Source of the DNA: Chrysomallon squamiferum
Taxonomy: Eukaryota; Animalia; Mollusca
Length of the DNA: 64,000 bases
Direction: 5' to 3'
Assembly: GCA_012295275.1 (NCBI GenBank)
Contig: CM022672.1
Span: forward strand, 1,798,001-1,862,000
The notes under the pieces were generated by a model. That model did not search any database, was not told the origin of the DNA, and was given only the letters and a program-made list of their open reading frames with translations. Both the position numbers and the translations under genes were made by a program. This document shows, in pieces, positions 1 through 14,687 of the stretch (position 1 is the first letter of the stretch; the number at the start of each line of letters is the position of its first letter).

Positions 1-815
1 CTCTACAGGAAAATGTTAATAATTTATTACTCGATTACAGCAAATAAAAAGGTTTGAATAAACAGAAGTATGGTCCCTTAAACTTTAATATTTTCAAATT
101 AAATGTAAGCTAAGAATGCCACAGCATCATTTTGATCTCTTAGGAAATGAAATAAATTAGGAAAAATGTATAATGAAGATGTTATCTGATTATAAGATAT
201 TAATTTTATTTAGGATTTTTAAATTGAGATTTTCACTTCAGTACATGGCATATATATCTACTAATACTATTACACACATTACTTTATTAGTTAGAGTAAT
301 ACATTTTTCAGTGATCCCAAGATTATAGCCTTGAGAAAATTACCAAGACATATAATTTCATTATTGCATTGTCTGTTAAATATCTATTTTACATGGCATG
401 AAACCTTATTATAACCATGAAAGTTTTAATAGTTTCATTTTGACAAAGTTCTTCATAACATGAGAGACTGATAAATCAAATTTGAAATAGAAAACTGAGG
501 TAAATGCAATATGATATAGATCTATTATTAAATATATGGTTGTTGTAAAAATAACCTACTCCCTGGTTAAAAATCTCTCATACAAGATCCAAGTAAATTC
601 ATCTTCTTTAACTGAACTGTCCATTAAACAAATAATTAGATATGAAAAAACAAAGCATATGCTTCACAAAATACAATATGCATTTATTATTTCACCTTTT
701 GGACAGTGTAAGAATATTTGACAAACTAGTCAAACCCTTAGAACTGAAAGTCTAGTACATTTTCATAGAGCACCTAAATATACAGTCTATTCATTAATTA
801 TTTACAGAAACAATT

Positions 816-990
816 AAGGTATAAGCTTCATAAAACAATACACTTAAGGTATATGCTTTATAATACAATAAACATTAGATATTCTTCACAATACAAGACA
901 AAGAAGATTATATGCCTCACAATAAAACAGAAACAAGATATATGACTCACAGTGCACATAAGACATATGCTTCATAATATAATACAAATT
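816..990. repeat. Decayed minisatellite, about 6 copies of about 30 bp
   Basis: Recurring aagRtatatgcttcaYaatacaa-like unit near 816, 846, 877, 904, 934 and 960. Confidence 0.75.
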
Positions 991-1064
991 ATATTTAAAC
1001 CTGTTTAAACAGTGGTGCCCATATATTTTTCATTCTAAACAGTTTTCCACATAACTAAGGCTGC

Positions 1065-1201
1065 AATGTTTATTTAAAATCCTTTTGCTGCTAATAAGAA
1101 AACTAATTTATGTGTCACAGCAGGTTTCTTCTCTAATCTGTGTGTGATAATAGACAATTATTATAACAAAGTGGAGTTCAAGAATGTACTGAGTGTGTCA
1201 T
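1065..1201 (+). mobile_element. Degenerate SINE, core and 3' part
   Basis: taaaatccttttgctgctaataagaaaactaatttatgtgtcacagcaggtttcttctctaatctgtgtg is the forward counterpart of the 16948 and 23031 cores. Confidence 0.65.
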
Positions 1202-1398
1202 GTCTTCCAGTACAGTTCAGCTGAGAATTTGGCTCCGTTTAACAACCCATGATGGAGCTATTAGTTGAAACAAGAAAAAAAAACACCCCACAGACATCTC
1301 AACTTGTATAGCCATTAATCAAAGAGAATGACAGAACAGCCACAACAACATGCTTGTAATTATACTCCAGTTTGTGTATGTCTGAACAATGTGCATTG

Positions 1399-1446
<48 letters not shown>

Positions 1447-1462
1447 GTTTTGTTATGTTGTG

Positions 1463-1515
<53 letters not shown>

Positions 1516-1546
1516 TGGGTGTGGGTGGGTGTGGGTTTGGGTGTGT
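1399..1546. repeat. (GT)n microsatellite, interrupted
   Basis: Direct inspection. Confidence 0.97.
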
Positions 1547-1924
1547 TTCCTGGGTATCTGAGAGAAAGATTAAGTATTTGTGTCTATTACATGCTGTGTG
1601 TAGATTGCTTTGAATGCACTGTGTAAGTGTTTACATTTTTGTTCTTATCTCCATACACATAATATGTAAATAATATGTAATGGTTATATATGTATCTCTG
1701 TATATATACATAAACTAACATATATTATATATAGTGTATATATATATATTAATAATAAAAATATGGTAATTGTTATATTCAATTCACCAAATAATAAATT
1801 ATTTGTTCTGTTTCTTTGAAAACAAATTGCATTTTTCATTCATATGTGTTTGTGTGAGTATATGTGTTTGAGTATGTGTGTGTATATGTGTATATAGAGA
1901 GAATCATGCATGCACTCCTACATA

Positions 1925-2214
1925 CACTAACACACACACACAATGTGTATACAAACACTTGTACAACCTAAACAACACACATCACTAACACACACACACA
2001 ATGTGTATACAAACACTTGTATAACCTAAACAACACACATCACTAACACACACACACAATGCGTATACAAACACTTGTATAACCTAAACAACACACATCA
2101 CTAACACACACACACAATGTGTATACAAACACTTGTACAACCTAAACAACACACATCACTAACACACACACACAATGTGTATACAAACACTTGTACAACC
2201 TAAACAACACACAT
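1925..2214. repeat. Minisatellite, 5 copies of a 58-bp CA-rich unit
   Basis: Unit cactaacacacacacacaatgtgtatacaaacacttgtaYaacctaaacaacacacat starts at 1925, 1983, 2041, 2099 and 2157. Confidence 0.98.
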
Positions 2215-3621
2215 AACTTTTCCTTTTACACAGAAATACAGAGACATCCTGATTCTTCACCTTTACGAAAATGTCGGCACGCCACACGCAGTGTACTGGG
2301 GGCAGATGAAAAGCAATGGATGAGCCTACATCAATGAGCAAGTCAGACCAGCTCAGTACAATGGCTTCAGAACAGTGGCAAAATAAACCCAGAGGAACAG
2401 CCATCCCAGATTAACAACAAACTGCTTATTCTACAGCCGTGATTTGATGCGTGTGATATGATTATAAAGTAGTTTGAAAACTGAACAGACAAAAATTTGT
2501 ACAATATAAACGAAGATGGTAATGTGACATATGATAGAAAATGTCGATGTTTAAAATGCAGCCCTTGCCTGTATGTGTTTATATATGTGTGTGGAGATAT
2601 TAAACAGTATGATTAGAAAGAGTTTGGAAAACAGATCAGAAATTTCACTAATATAAATGATGACAGTAACATGATGAAAAGAAGAACATTTTTAAAAGTA
2701 TCAGAAAATTATATAATTATATAACAAAACAAAAACAAAATAAATAAATAAAGTAAACAAAATGATAAGAATAAATGCCATCATTGCATATATGTGAATG
2801 ATTAATTTAAACAATTAAGGTGCATAAAAATTGACTAACTGAATGATAAAATTATTTAGAAATTTTACAATAGCATGATGTGGATGTGAATTATATTGAT
2901 GTGCGTTACAGTAAATGGCTTAATTAAACACAACCATTGTAAATGACTATGTCTGCCTAAAATGCAATCACTTTTTCTAACTATATGAATAAAATGTTAA
3001 CTCTATTAGTAATAAAAAAAACTGTAATAGCCAAATACATTGTTTGAGGATTAGATTACATGTAGAAGACTCCAGGATCAATCCTCCTAGGAACATAACT
3101 CCCGTTCTAGTTAGATATTTTTATACAAGAATTAAATTTCACCAGTAATTTACAAACTGTTTAACCAATAACATGTTAATGGCCAGACAGTCCCCTAAGA
3201 ATTGTGTTTTTCGTGGAAGTAAAAATTCAAAAATTACCAAAGATTATTTTACAAATGGTATTATATTTTGTGGCTGCCATTAAAAAAAAAAAAAATTAAT
3301 TTAATTATCCCAAAAATATACATTATCTGAATGATAGTAAAAAAAAAAAAAAAAATTAAAAATGTTCTTTCTTTCTCCAGCAGCAAATTAAATTACCTAC
3401 TGGATTATACCAGTGAAAATACATTAACTTTCTTTCTAATTAGTGCTGGGCAGTTTTGGATTAATTTCAAGTCTGCTGACAGGATGCTGTCAAAACCACA
3501 GGTCTCCAGTACAGTGAAACCGCCTGATACTAGCACTGCTGAAACAGCGAGCAAATCAAACACTAATCTCAGCAATTCTGTCCCTCATCAACAAGTAACC
3601 TACTGGGAGAACACATCTCAC

Positions 3622-3727
3622 CTGGGATTAGGCCAGTCTAACAGGCAACTGTGTCGAATATTAAAACGAATTACCCTTGCTTCAATTTGTGCAGGAAACG
3701 CAATAGTCTGAATATAATATTGGATTT
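3622..3727 (-). other. Candidate exon (106 nt) of an unidentified minus-strand gene
   Basis: Minus-strand acceptor tatttttgtcccccctcaaacag| and donor cccag|gtgaga. One frame is open (IQYYIQTIAFPAQIEARVIRFNIRHSCLLDWPNP). Three CpGs retained. Confidence 0.2.
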
Positions 3728-4689
3728 CTGTTTGAGGGGGGACAAAAAATAATAATGCCAGCATTGTTTGGTCTGTATAGACTATTTTTATGTCCACCAT
3801 TGTTGTGCCCAGAGAGATATTAATTAATCAATCATGTTGGTGTCAGCACAACAAGAATTCCACATCCAGCAGTAATGAGAGTGGACAGGAGATACTGTCA
3901 CAGGTTGAAATGTTTTTGTAGCAAAAGACAGGCTTGAGCAGTCTGGGTGAAATGTTTTTGTGTTCAGAGATGAAAGATGCTGAAAGATGAACAAGCTGAA
4001 GTGTGTAAGGTTGACAGTCCTTTGATGTGTAATCTCCTGAAAATCTGTTTTGTTTATTAATCTGATAACAAAATATGAAAGGATTTAGAAAAAATGAAAA
4101 ATGAAAAAATAAACAAATAAACAAAATGCATCTGTATGTCAAAGGGATTTGTGTTACATTTAAAGTTTTCTAAGTTTGTGTCGGGAATTGATTTCACTTT
4201 GTGAACTGCAAAAATTAAAATTAACTAGTTTTGATGCAAAATAAAAATTAAAAAAAAGCTCTATCTTTCATATACATGTGCAGGCATCAATTCAATAGAA
4301 CTATATTCTAATTTCTTTTATCTAAAAATAACACTGTGTGTGCGTGTGCGTGATAATTTATTTCATGTGTGTCTAAATGTACATATTTATGTATGTATGT
4401 ATGTATGTCAAGCTGTGTATATTGGACATAAATAAAATGATTCGATAAAGTAAAATAAATTACTGATAAGTTTACCCCAGCTGAAGTGAAAGCTAATAAA
4501 AATCAAGCCATGATTAATTGGTCTCTGATCTGTCTGATGTACACCACCATCAGCTGAGAAAACTAATAAATTCTGCTACTAATCTGACAGTCAATATTTC
4601 TTCCCTGATTGTACAATAAAATGTTATTCTGTATTTTATCTTTCTGTCGCCTTAGATTAAATGGTATGTCCCTACAATAAAAGTAAATA

Positions 4690-4816
4690 ACTAGATATAA
4701 AACTTTTGCTAAAATGAAGTAACTCAGTTAAAATAACAAATGGTCAAAACAATCAGTGATTACTAGATATAAAACTTTCCCTAAAATGAAGCCTCCCTCA
4801 GTAAAATAACAAAATG
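4690..4816. repeat. Imperfect direct duplication of about 52 bp, 72-bp period
   Basis: actagatataaaacttt..ctaaaatgaag...ctcagt(t)aaaataacaaa at 4690 and 4762. Confidence 0.85.
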
Positions 4817-4820
4817 CATG

Positions 4821-4955
<135 letters not shown>

Positions 4956-5118
4956 GTCTCACTCTCTCTGTCTCCTGTTTTCTTAAATAACATAATTTTG
5001 ATTAATTTTTACTTGTAAAAATAGAAATGTAATGGATAATCTTAAAAAGGTTTCTGTAACAAGACTATCAGTAAGTGATCCATTAATACACACATGCACA
5101 ATCACACACACATACAAC

Positions 5119-5164
<46 letters not shown>

Positions 5165-6550
5165 ACACCCATGTATTACCACACATACTCTGGTTATGCA
5201 AAACTGGATCTGAACAGATACACCTAACCAGGATTGATCCTGTGTGCTATCACACCAAAGCACAATACTTTACCACATCATCCTGCTTTCTTAGATGGTC
5301 TACTATTGTATACATATCAATAATGTTAAAATGTTTACCACAGAACAGTCAAGTAACACCTTTCTGCTCCATTACCAAAAACATTGGTAAAACAGAACAA
5401 GCAAGACAAAAATATCTGTAGTTCAAATGAAAGGTATATAACCTAGTATATTGGTTTACCAAGTTGACTACGGTATATAATGATTGTGTATTGTTTTACT
5501 AATAACATACAGGTGTTAATGTATGGCTGATGAATATACAGGTGCAAAGATAATTAATACTATTATTAACCATAAAGGAAATTTGATTGCACTGCTGTTA
5601 ATACTACTGTTATTATTATCATTTCTACTATTAATTTAAAATTATATTACTATGACTATACTACAGTTAGTATTACTAGTACTGCTACTACAACTACAAC
5701 TACTACTGACTACTACTACTACCATTACTACAGATACTACCACAGCAGTGCTACAACTACTACTACTACTACTAGTACTACTAACAGTGCTAATAATAAA
5801 TGATTGGTTAATGACATTCCAGCACAAAAAAGTAATATACTGCCTATTTGTTTTCCTATCATCATCATGAAACTGAACATCATGTCACATGCTGCAAACA
5901 TCATCATCATCATCATCATTATCATTATAATGTAGTAAATTACTATCAGAATGGAAAAGTTGTTAACAAAATATGTCTCTTCACCTTTTCCTTACTATTA
6001 TTACTTTGTTATTGCTGCTTCTGCTCCTGTTGTTGTTCTTGTTTTAGGTTTTTTTATTCCTTTTATTATCAAATATATAAACAACAACAACCACAACAAT
6101 AAAAACAACTTAAAATATAAAATATTATTTACAACACAGTAACGACACCACCATAATATTAACTTCGTATTTCAGAAGTGTTACAGTTCCATTATTTATG
6201 AACCTGTAAGTTTGTGAGGTCAGAAGCAGTCCATCTGTCTTAGTCAGCAGATGTCAGAAACAGATCCATCCTTTAATCCAATTCCAACAGTGAATGTAAA
6301 TAACTGCATAAACAGTACATATAAATCACTGGAATGCAATACCGTGTGTATGATGTGTCTGGGACTTGTATATCAGGGGTATTGTTATAACAGTTAGCAG
6401 TCCTGGTAGGGTAGAGTAAAACAGGAAGGTAAAGAAAAGAGGAAGTAAAAATATTAAAAAAAGAAAAAGAAAGATAACGGAATTGTATCTCAGGGGATAA
6501 AAGTAAATGAAGGAAATAATATGAGAGATGGGGAAGAGACAGTGAAAGAA

Positions 6551-6736
<186 letters not shown>

Positions 6737-7217
6737 CAGAAAGAGGGAGAGAGAGAAGGATATGCTGATGGAGTGAAGGGTGGATAGGTGGTGAGAAAAG
6801 AACACAGAAAGTAAGACAAGGTTAAAGATGGTGAGAGAAATAAATATGAGAGAAAGAAGGAAAGAAAAATGTATGAAGACAGAGAGACATGAACAGAGAT
6901 ATAAGGAGACTAAGAAAACAGAGACTAACAAGGATATTCAGTAGAAAGAAAGATGAATATAAACAAATAAGAAAACATACAGAACTTTAATTATAAAAGA
7001 ATTTTGTTTTTATAACCAGAACTGTTTGTTGTTTTTTTCAACAGTAAAAAGGGGAAAACAAAAAAACCCCAAAACCCCAAAAATACAAAATACATGTACA
7101 CCTGACAACTAAATTAGAAAAGAGATTTCCAAAAACTGGCACAAACCAAATTAAGCAAGACAAAACTGCTGTCTTTATTAAATTTCCCTGACTAATGAAA
7201 AATCTAACTTTACACAA

Positions 7218-7252
<35 letters not shown>

Positions 7253-7829
7253 ACCAGGAAAGAAAAGAAAATAAAAAGCTCCAAAATGATATATTACAAT
7301 ACCGGCAACGACAAGCAAAGGGAGGTAATTACAAGATGGCCGAGCAAGAAATTAATAGCTGTAGAAGACGTGACAGCAGTTGACCCTGCAGAGTGTATTG
7401 ATTTCACTGATGTATGTGTTTTTGATGGCCAGGCTGGCAATTTGTGACCACCAGTCTCCGAAGGTTTTCTTCTCAAGATGTAATGAAATTTCTTGTTTTG
7501 CAGCTGCTGCATTGTTTAAAAGGATCCATTTATTTCTCTCTTTATCTGCCTCAGCATTATTACCAGGCAATCGCTGATTTTCACTTTCTTTATGTCTAAT
7601 ACTGGATGTAGATAATATATAACCGTGTAATAAAATGAATATTAATTCTATGAATGTGAGAGTAATATATATATATTTATTTTTTATTTTTTTGGTTATT
7701 ACTATTTGTTGTTAGTTACTTTTATTATTAGTTATTTTATTATTATTATTATTATTAAATGATTTTTTTTTTTATAACTACATAGTTTTTATGAAAAGAT
7801 TATTTCACATAATTATTATAAATTAGCTT

Positions 7830-7869
<40 letters not shown>

Positions 7870-7897
7870 CAACAACAACAACAACAATAACAATAAC

Positions 7898-7932
<35 letters not shown>

Positions 7933-10900
7933 ACTTACAAGTTAGACACTGATGTGAAATTTCCACTCATAATGTGAACTTGTAATAATTGCACTACTTC
8001 CGGTGAAGACAAGCATCTGTTACAAATGATCATGCAAGACTGCACATAGACATTTAATATCCGCTCACTGAATAAATATTAGTCAATAAGTCTGCTCACT
8101 GTTTCAATGGATATACATTTATCTACTGACATTAACAGGTTTATGTTCACCAGGTGTGAAAACTGTTCAGCTCATATACTGAACAAACTTATTCGGATGC
8201 CTCAGTAGTCTAATTCTGCAGTAAGGGTGTGGTCTTTTTGGTGCATGAAGGTTAATTTATTGCTGAATTGGATGTAATTTTTATATCCCAATGTAAAACA
8301 AGCAGAACTGCATACACTTTACCCATTCCATGCTTTGTGAAAGATACTGAATCATAATTTTTGAAATTTTGAAATATTATATTATCACTGTAAGATATTA
8401 GTTTTAATTTTAAAAAATGTCTTGATATCATGCGGTATCATACTTGATTTACTAATTCTAAACTAATTATGTTGTTGTGGGTTGGAAACTTTCTGCCTAA
8501 ATGTAATCTGGGTATAAAAGTCACCAAATTAGTGTTAGGTAAATTTCAAATCACACACACACACACACACACTCACACACTCTTTTACTCAAATACAGCA
8601 GTAAACATCCAAATACATAAACACACACACATGCACATATAAACACACACAACTCATACACAAACACACAACTGCATACACACAATCAATCACACACACA
8701 CACAAACACATATATAAACACACCAACGCACATTCACACATATAATTTATTACTGATATATGTCTCTTTCTTTCTCAATCACCATACATATACTGCCATA
8801 ATCTCCATTCTATAGCAATAAATAATCCCAATAAAACTTGAAAATTGATTTTGTAATCAAATATGAATTATACAAATGCCCTGCATTTCTTCGAGTTTTA
8901 TATTTTAAGATATGTAACTGATATTCCATCTTATTTTTTTAAAAATCTTTCCCACATTTATTTGCTGTGAATGTTCTGTGTGTGTATTTTGTGTGTGTAT
9001 ATGATGTGTATACATAGGTATATATGTATGTATGTGTATGTGTATGTATATATATATGTATGTATGTATGCATGTATTTATATAGTATCTAAATATATTA
9101 AGATGGGTGTGTGTATGGATATGTTTATAGATATATATCTATACACACAGACACACACACACACACACACACACAAAAGCTTTTCCTGAATGTTTCTGTT
9201 TGTGTATATATTTACATACAGGTTTCAATGAAATGCATTGTTCATACTGTATCATTGTATTATATCACTGAACTGTTCAGCAACAGAACATCACTTCACA
9301 ACATATTTGGTTTTCATTAACCAAATACTCACTTTAATCAAAAAAATATATTAATCCCATTTGTCTATCTCTCTCTGTGCTAATGGAAGCAGTCATTAAG
9401 AGAAATGTCTTTTGAAAAGATTCTATGTTTTAATCTCTGATTACAGATGATGATCAGAAGGTAACAAAACTGACAGAATCTGCTAACAGAAATATGAAGC
9501 CTGAGTCAATACACAAAATGGATTATGATGGTAAAAAAAAAAAACATGAATTTGTTTTTTTGTTTCTGTACATGCATTAATTTCTGTATAATATTACTTG
9601 TGTTCAGATTATCTGCTGGTAATGTGATATGTGACAGGTAATGAATGGAAAAAGGAGAAGAAATAAAAATGACAGAAATGGAATGGTGTGTTTAAGTCTG
9701 AAGTTTGTGGTCCATAACAGGCATGCTTTGATGCCTAGTAGATGCACAATGAAAAATAATCACATTACATTCATAAGAGGGAAATAAATTGCTTATTTTA
9801 TTATTTTACTGATGTGTGTTTGTGTGTTTATGAATGTATGTATTATACATGTGTGTGTTATCTATAATTATTCTAATACATTAATAACAAGTGAAAAACT
9901 GAAAATATTTCTGGTTCTGCATGGTAAAACACTCTAACATACACAGACTGAGAATCATAAATTAACTAAACAAACTGAGTTATCATAAGCAATGTTTCTC
10001 CATGTTTCACAATTACAAAATAATACAGGTAACTTTACCAAAATCATCTACAAAAACTCTTAACAGACTGAATCTTGACACTAAATCAAGCAAAAGTTCA
10101 TAAGAGACTGAGTAACTGGAATTCCGAATGTTTTATTAATAAATCTATAAAAGTAATTACTTTTTATTACAAGAAGTAATTATTTTTTTTTACTTTGACT
10201 TATTTTTATTCTTGTATTTAGAATTATACTGCTTCATGTATAATTAATTTAAATATTAACATTTCTTATAGTGTTATTCATCAATTTTAACCATGCCTGT
10301 TTTTTTTTTAATATACTGGAATTACAAAATGTTTAGATAATGATTTTTGATAACAAACTGAATCTTAATTATTAAGTGAACTGTTTTAAGGTTAAAGGGA
10401 CAAACTCATGAAACTGAAGGGGACTTTATCCATATAGAACTTGCAGACAAAGCTGAAAAATTTGCCATCAGTTTAATTAAACATTTTGTTTTTTCGATGC
10501 TCAAACACACACCAAAACACAAAAACACACACAGATGCAAACACATAAAAATTAAACACATACATATAAAACATAAACCTACATATAAAATAAAAAGAAA
10601 CATGCCTTTTTCTTATTATAAACACTCTTATTTAATCTTCAAAGGTTGTAAATAACCAACTTTCTTAGTGAAGAAAAATTTATAATAACAGCCACTTACA
10701 TCTATGTGTAAGAAGCAAGAAATACAATTTAATAATTTAAGTCAGTTTTGACATATATAAAACAGCCCAAAATGTTAACATTTATTTTAAAAAAGAATTA
10801 AAAAAACAAAAAACAATGTATGAATTTATGAATCAATGCATCTGTGTGTCTGTATATACATACACAAAAAAACACACACATTCATACACACACACACAAA

Positions 10901-11627
10901 AACACACACATACATACACACACATTCATACAAACACAAAAACACACACATAACACACACACACACACATTCTTAGGGATATACCAAATACAAACACATG
11001 CTCATACATACAGAACAAAAAATACCTCTACATAAAATACAACCTAGAAAGACAACAGATTTGTTCTAAAACACCATCAACCTTTTAGCAACATACACAA
11101 TTTCACACCATCTAAAAAAACACCAAATTTCAACCCAGACATGTGACTTTACTAAATTGCAAACTGTTCACCATAACACAGTAATCACAAGAAAAATTAA
11201 ATATCACAGATTTTTCCCTTTTCTTCATCATCACTGTACTTTTTTTTTATCACTTTAAAAATAGAAAAAATCATGGTTCACCATCGATCACCCAGATTAT
11301 TGACTGCATCCTGGAGCTGACATTTCTTTTACATAATTTTATCTTGCTAAGATATGTGTGTGTTGACATCCAACAGTGGTAATGTATGGCCTACTAAACA
11401 CAGAAATGGGGCCACATTTCTATAGGAAATGGTCAGTGCTTGGTAGCAACAGAGAAAGTCTTTGAATGGACAGTGATATATATTCTAGTGGCTTTCAGAG
11501 CTTCCTTAATTCAAGTTAACTAGAGCCAATAAATGTTTTGATATAATGGATTTCACTTGCTAACATTCTTAATATTTCTTTGAGAGTGTGTTCTCAAAGA
11601 CTTCTTCACTTTCTGATAGCTGTGGGG

Positions 11628-11697
11628 GAGTTCAGTTCCAGTTATTGTGATTACAGCACTTGCCTCAGGCATCACAGGTTCTAGGATCGATGCTCAT
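11628..11697 (+). mobile_element. tRNA-like SINE head remnant
   Basis: agcacttgcctcaggcatcacaggttctaggatcgatgctc. This is the only copy I saw that retains the CpG in the B-box-like motif (11684). Confidence 0.5.
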
Positions 11698-11861
11698 ATG
11701 TGTATATGTGTATTTAATAGAAGAAAAAAAAAGCAGAGAGAAAGATAGCATATTTTGAAAAAACAGAATGTATTCTAAAAGTGTCTGTGTGTGTTTCATG
11801 TGTTTGCATGTCTATGTGTGAATTAGAATCAAATAACAGCAAGATTCATCTATATGTGCAT

Positions 11862-12096
11862 GTACATATACATACATACACACACACACACACATATACA
11901 CATACACATATACATATACACATATACACATACACACACACACACACAGACACACATAAACACACACATATACACACATACATATACACACACATATACA
12001 CACATACACATACATATATACACATATACATATAGACATACATACACAGATACATATACACACATACACACACATACACATACACACATGCACACA
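11862..12096. repeat. Compound (CA)n/(CATA)n/(CATACA)n microsatellite
   Basis: Direct inspection. Confidence 0.95.
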
Positions 12097-14309
12097 TTTA
12101 ACATATTTATATTTCTTCTGAATAATCAGAATGAAACAATCTGTCATTTCAATTTCACAAAATTAAAAAAAATATAAAATAAAATAAAATAAAATAAAGT
12201 AATTATTAATATGATTTTATAATAATCATGAATTAAAAAAATGATGATGATGATGATGATTTTAAATAATAACAACAATAATAAAAAAACTATAATACAA
12301 ATAAAATAATATTTAAAATAATTGTAAAAAGATATAAAAAAAAAAACCCATGGATGTTAGTTTGACTGAACCGAGCTTGAACCTTTAGTTCAATAATACG
12401 ACACAATATTTTCCAGAAAAACAGATTAGTACAGTGGCACCCAACCATATGACTCATCTGAAACGTGTCACTCTCACCTGCTTGTTGTAACCCAGTGAGA
12501 CTTCAATACAAAACAACCTGTACGCAACCAAAGTGTGCAAAATACCAGCTCTGCAAATTAAACTCTCTGCCATGCAGTAGTAGGTTAATGCATGTGCAAC
12601 GGGCATAATTAGGCTACAGAAATTATTGTTTTTAATCTGAAAAATGTAAGTCTGAAAGGGTTAACATGTAGCAGGGAAAGAGCATGTGGTTGCAGTGTAC
12701 CAAACTAGTTAGCACTTGTGGTAACGTTAACATGAACATGAAAAATATAACAACTTTTAATGAGCTTTCTACTTATTTATTATATAAATACTTTTTGTTG
12801 GTAGTATAATTCATATTTTTTTAATATATGCTTATATTTAATTACATTCACTATAGAATTTGTCATTTCTTCATTTAGAAAGGCAAAAGTAAATTACTTT
12901 TTTATATTATTTTATTACTGTCTTCTTTGACCAAATCTGTGTTAACATATATTTGTATCTATGGGGGTGAGATATATACCATAACACTACTTTTACTCCT
13001 ACAGTAATATTATTACTCATTATTGTTGTTATTACTTCTCCACCATTACTATCACAACAACTACTGTTATTATCACTGCTATTTCTCCTAATCATCTACA
13101 ATGCCATTATACTTTATTATTACCACTACAAATAATGATAACAGCAAATTGGTTTTTGTGTAACAGAACCACATGTTCAGCTTTGTTCAGAGTAATCTCC
13201 CTCTTTAGAAATCTTCACTGCTGGAATCACATTATTACTCATAGTTCACTTTATAAACTTGAAGGTTTTTGGGTTCAGACATCAAAGACTAGACAATTGT
13301 AAGGCAATGTGGAAATTTTCTTCATGTTGGAATCTAGCCAAATGGTTAGACATTAGTTTAGTAATTTATATAAATTTGGAACTGTGTTTATTGTTTGTTC
13401 CAGTGATCTTTCACAGGGTGTAATTATTATGTGGAGATAACAGTTTGTGATAAAAAAAATAATATATCTGTCTGAGAAATTAAGTCTGGACTTGTTTATG
13501 GTTTGTATGTGTGTTTTTATATCAAAAAACATAACTACCTATCTTAACAAACCTAATCTTTAAACGTTTGTTTTTTCTCAAATTGCCTTCATCTCTGGTC
13601 ATTTAAGATTCACATTCATAACTGTGTCTCTATCACACAGTATCTTTAAGCATCCAACAAACTCAGCATTTAATAAAAAAATTTTTTTTTTTTTTTTTTT
13701 AAAACTGGTCCCCTGTAGCACAGCACAACATATCTGAATCCTCAGCAATTCTTTAACAACAGCAGCTATTGCTACTTCATCACTGCCACGGAATTCTGCT
13801 AATTAACTCAAAGAAAAGCCCTTTTTTGGCTCAGTTAGCAGACAATATCTTTCTTGCATGCCGTCTTATTGCAAAACACAGAGGTATAAAAATATCGAGA
13901 CACATGTGTTGCTTAAGAATCTGCACAAATGAAATGTATTGTTGGATGTGAGTGTAATTCTAGTATCCATGGCAATTTGATAGAATTTGTTTTCATCATT
14001 ATTAAATGGTTGAGGGGAATGAAGACAGGAGGATTAAAGTGGGGAGATGTTGTTTTTCTGTCTCTGAATGTTGATGATGAATGGTAATTGAAGTTTTATA
14101 ATAGTAATGATGATGACGATAATAACAAATGATTACAGTAATAATGAAAATAATAATGATGATAATGGTACTACAATTACTGCTACCTCTAATAATAAAA
14201 ATAAGAAGAAGAAGAAGAAGAAAAAAAGAGAAGAAAATAATGGAGAATTTGAACAGAATTAAAAAGAAAAAATATTTTATTAACATCACTTGAGCACATG
14301 ATTAAGTTT

Positions 14310-14370
14310 TCTTATTTTTTAATAGCAGCAAGAGCTCTTTTTTATATCCCTTTCCTCCCCCCCCAGAAAG
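14310..14370 (-). mobile_element. SINE core fragment
   Basis: aatagcagcaagagctcttttttatat (14321-14347), similar to 16948-16970. Confidence 0.5.
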
Positions 14371-14642
14371 AAATAATAACATTATTAGCCATTGCAGTTA
14401 AACACTTATTAAACTGCTTGTCAAAGAACATGAAAGAAAAATAAAATTAGGAATAAAAAACACACAAATAATGAAATTATTTCTAAAATTATTCGGCAAA
14501 AAATATTTTCAATTTTCTTGACAGATTTTCTTGACATGTTTTGATAGTTCACTTGTGACATTAAAAAGATTAATGTTAATCATTTTAACAGTAAATTCGT
14601 TTTCTTTTAATGCAAACAAAAAATAAATGAAATAAAATAAAA

Positions 14643-14687
<45 letters not shown>

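Noticed and set aside
10391-10408. ttaaagggaca resembling a Kolobok/TTAA-type transposon end; also gggttaa at 12658
   Set aside because: No matching inverted end found nearby.
12478-12550. Possible 73-nt minus-strand exon (tttaatttgcag| ... cag|gtgaga)
   Set aside because: Weak pyrimidine tract, unrecognisable peptides, and such site pairs are expected by chance.
13963-13976. RFX X-box-like gtatccatggcaat
   Set aside because: Mismatch at a conserved terminal base and no promoter context; a single degenerate hit is expected in 64 kb.
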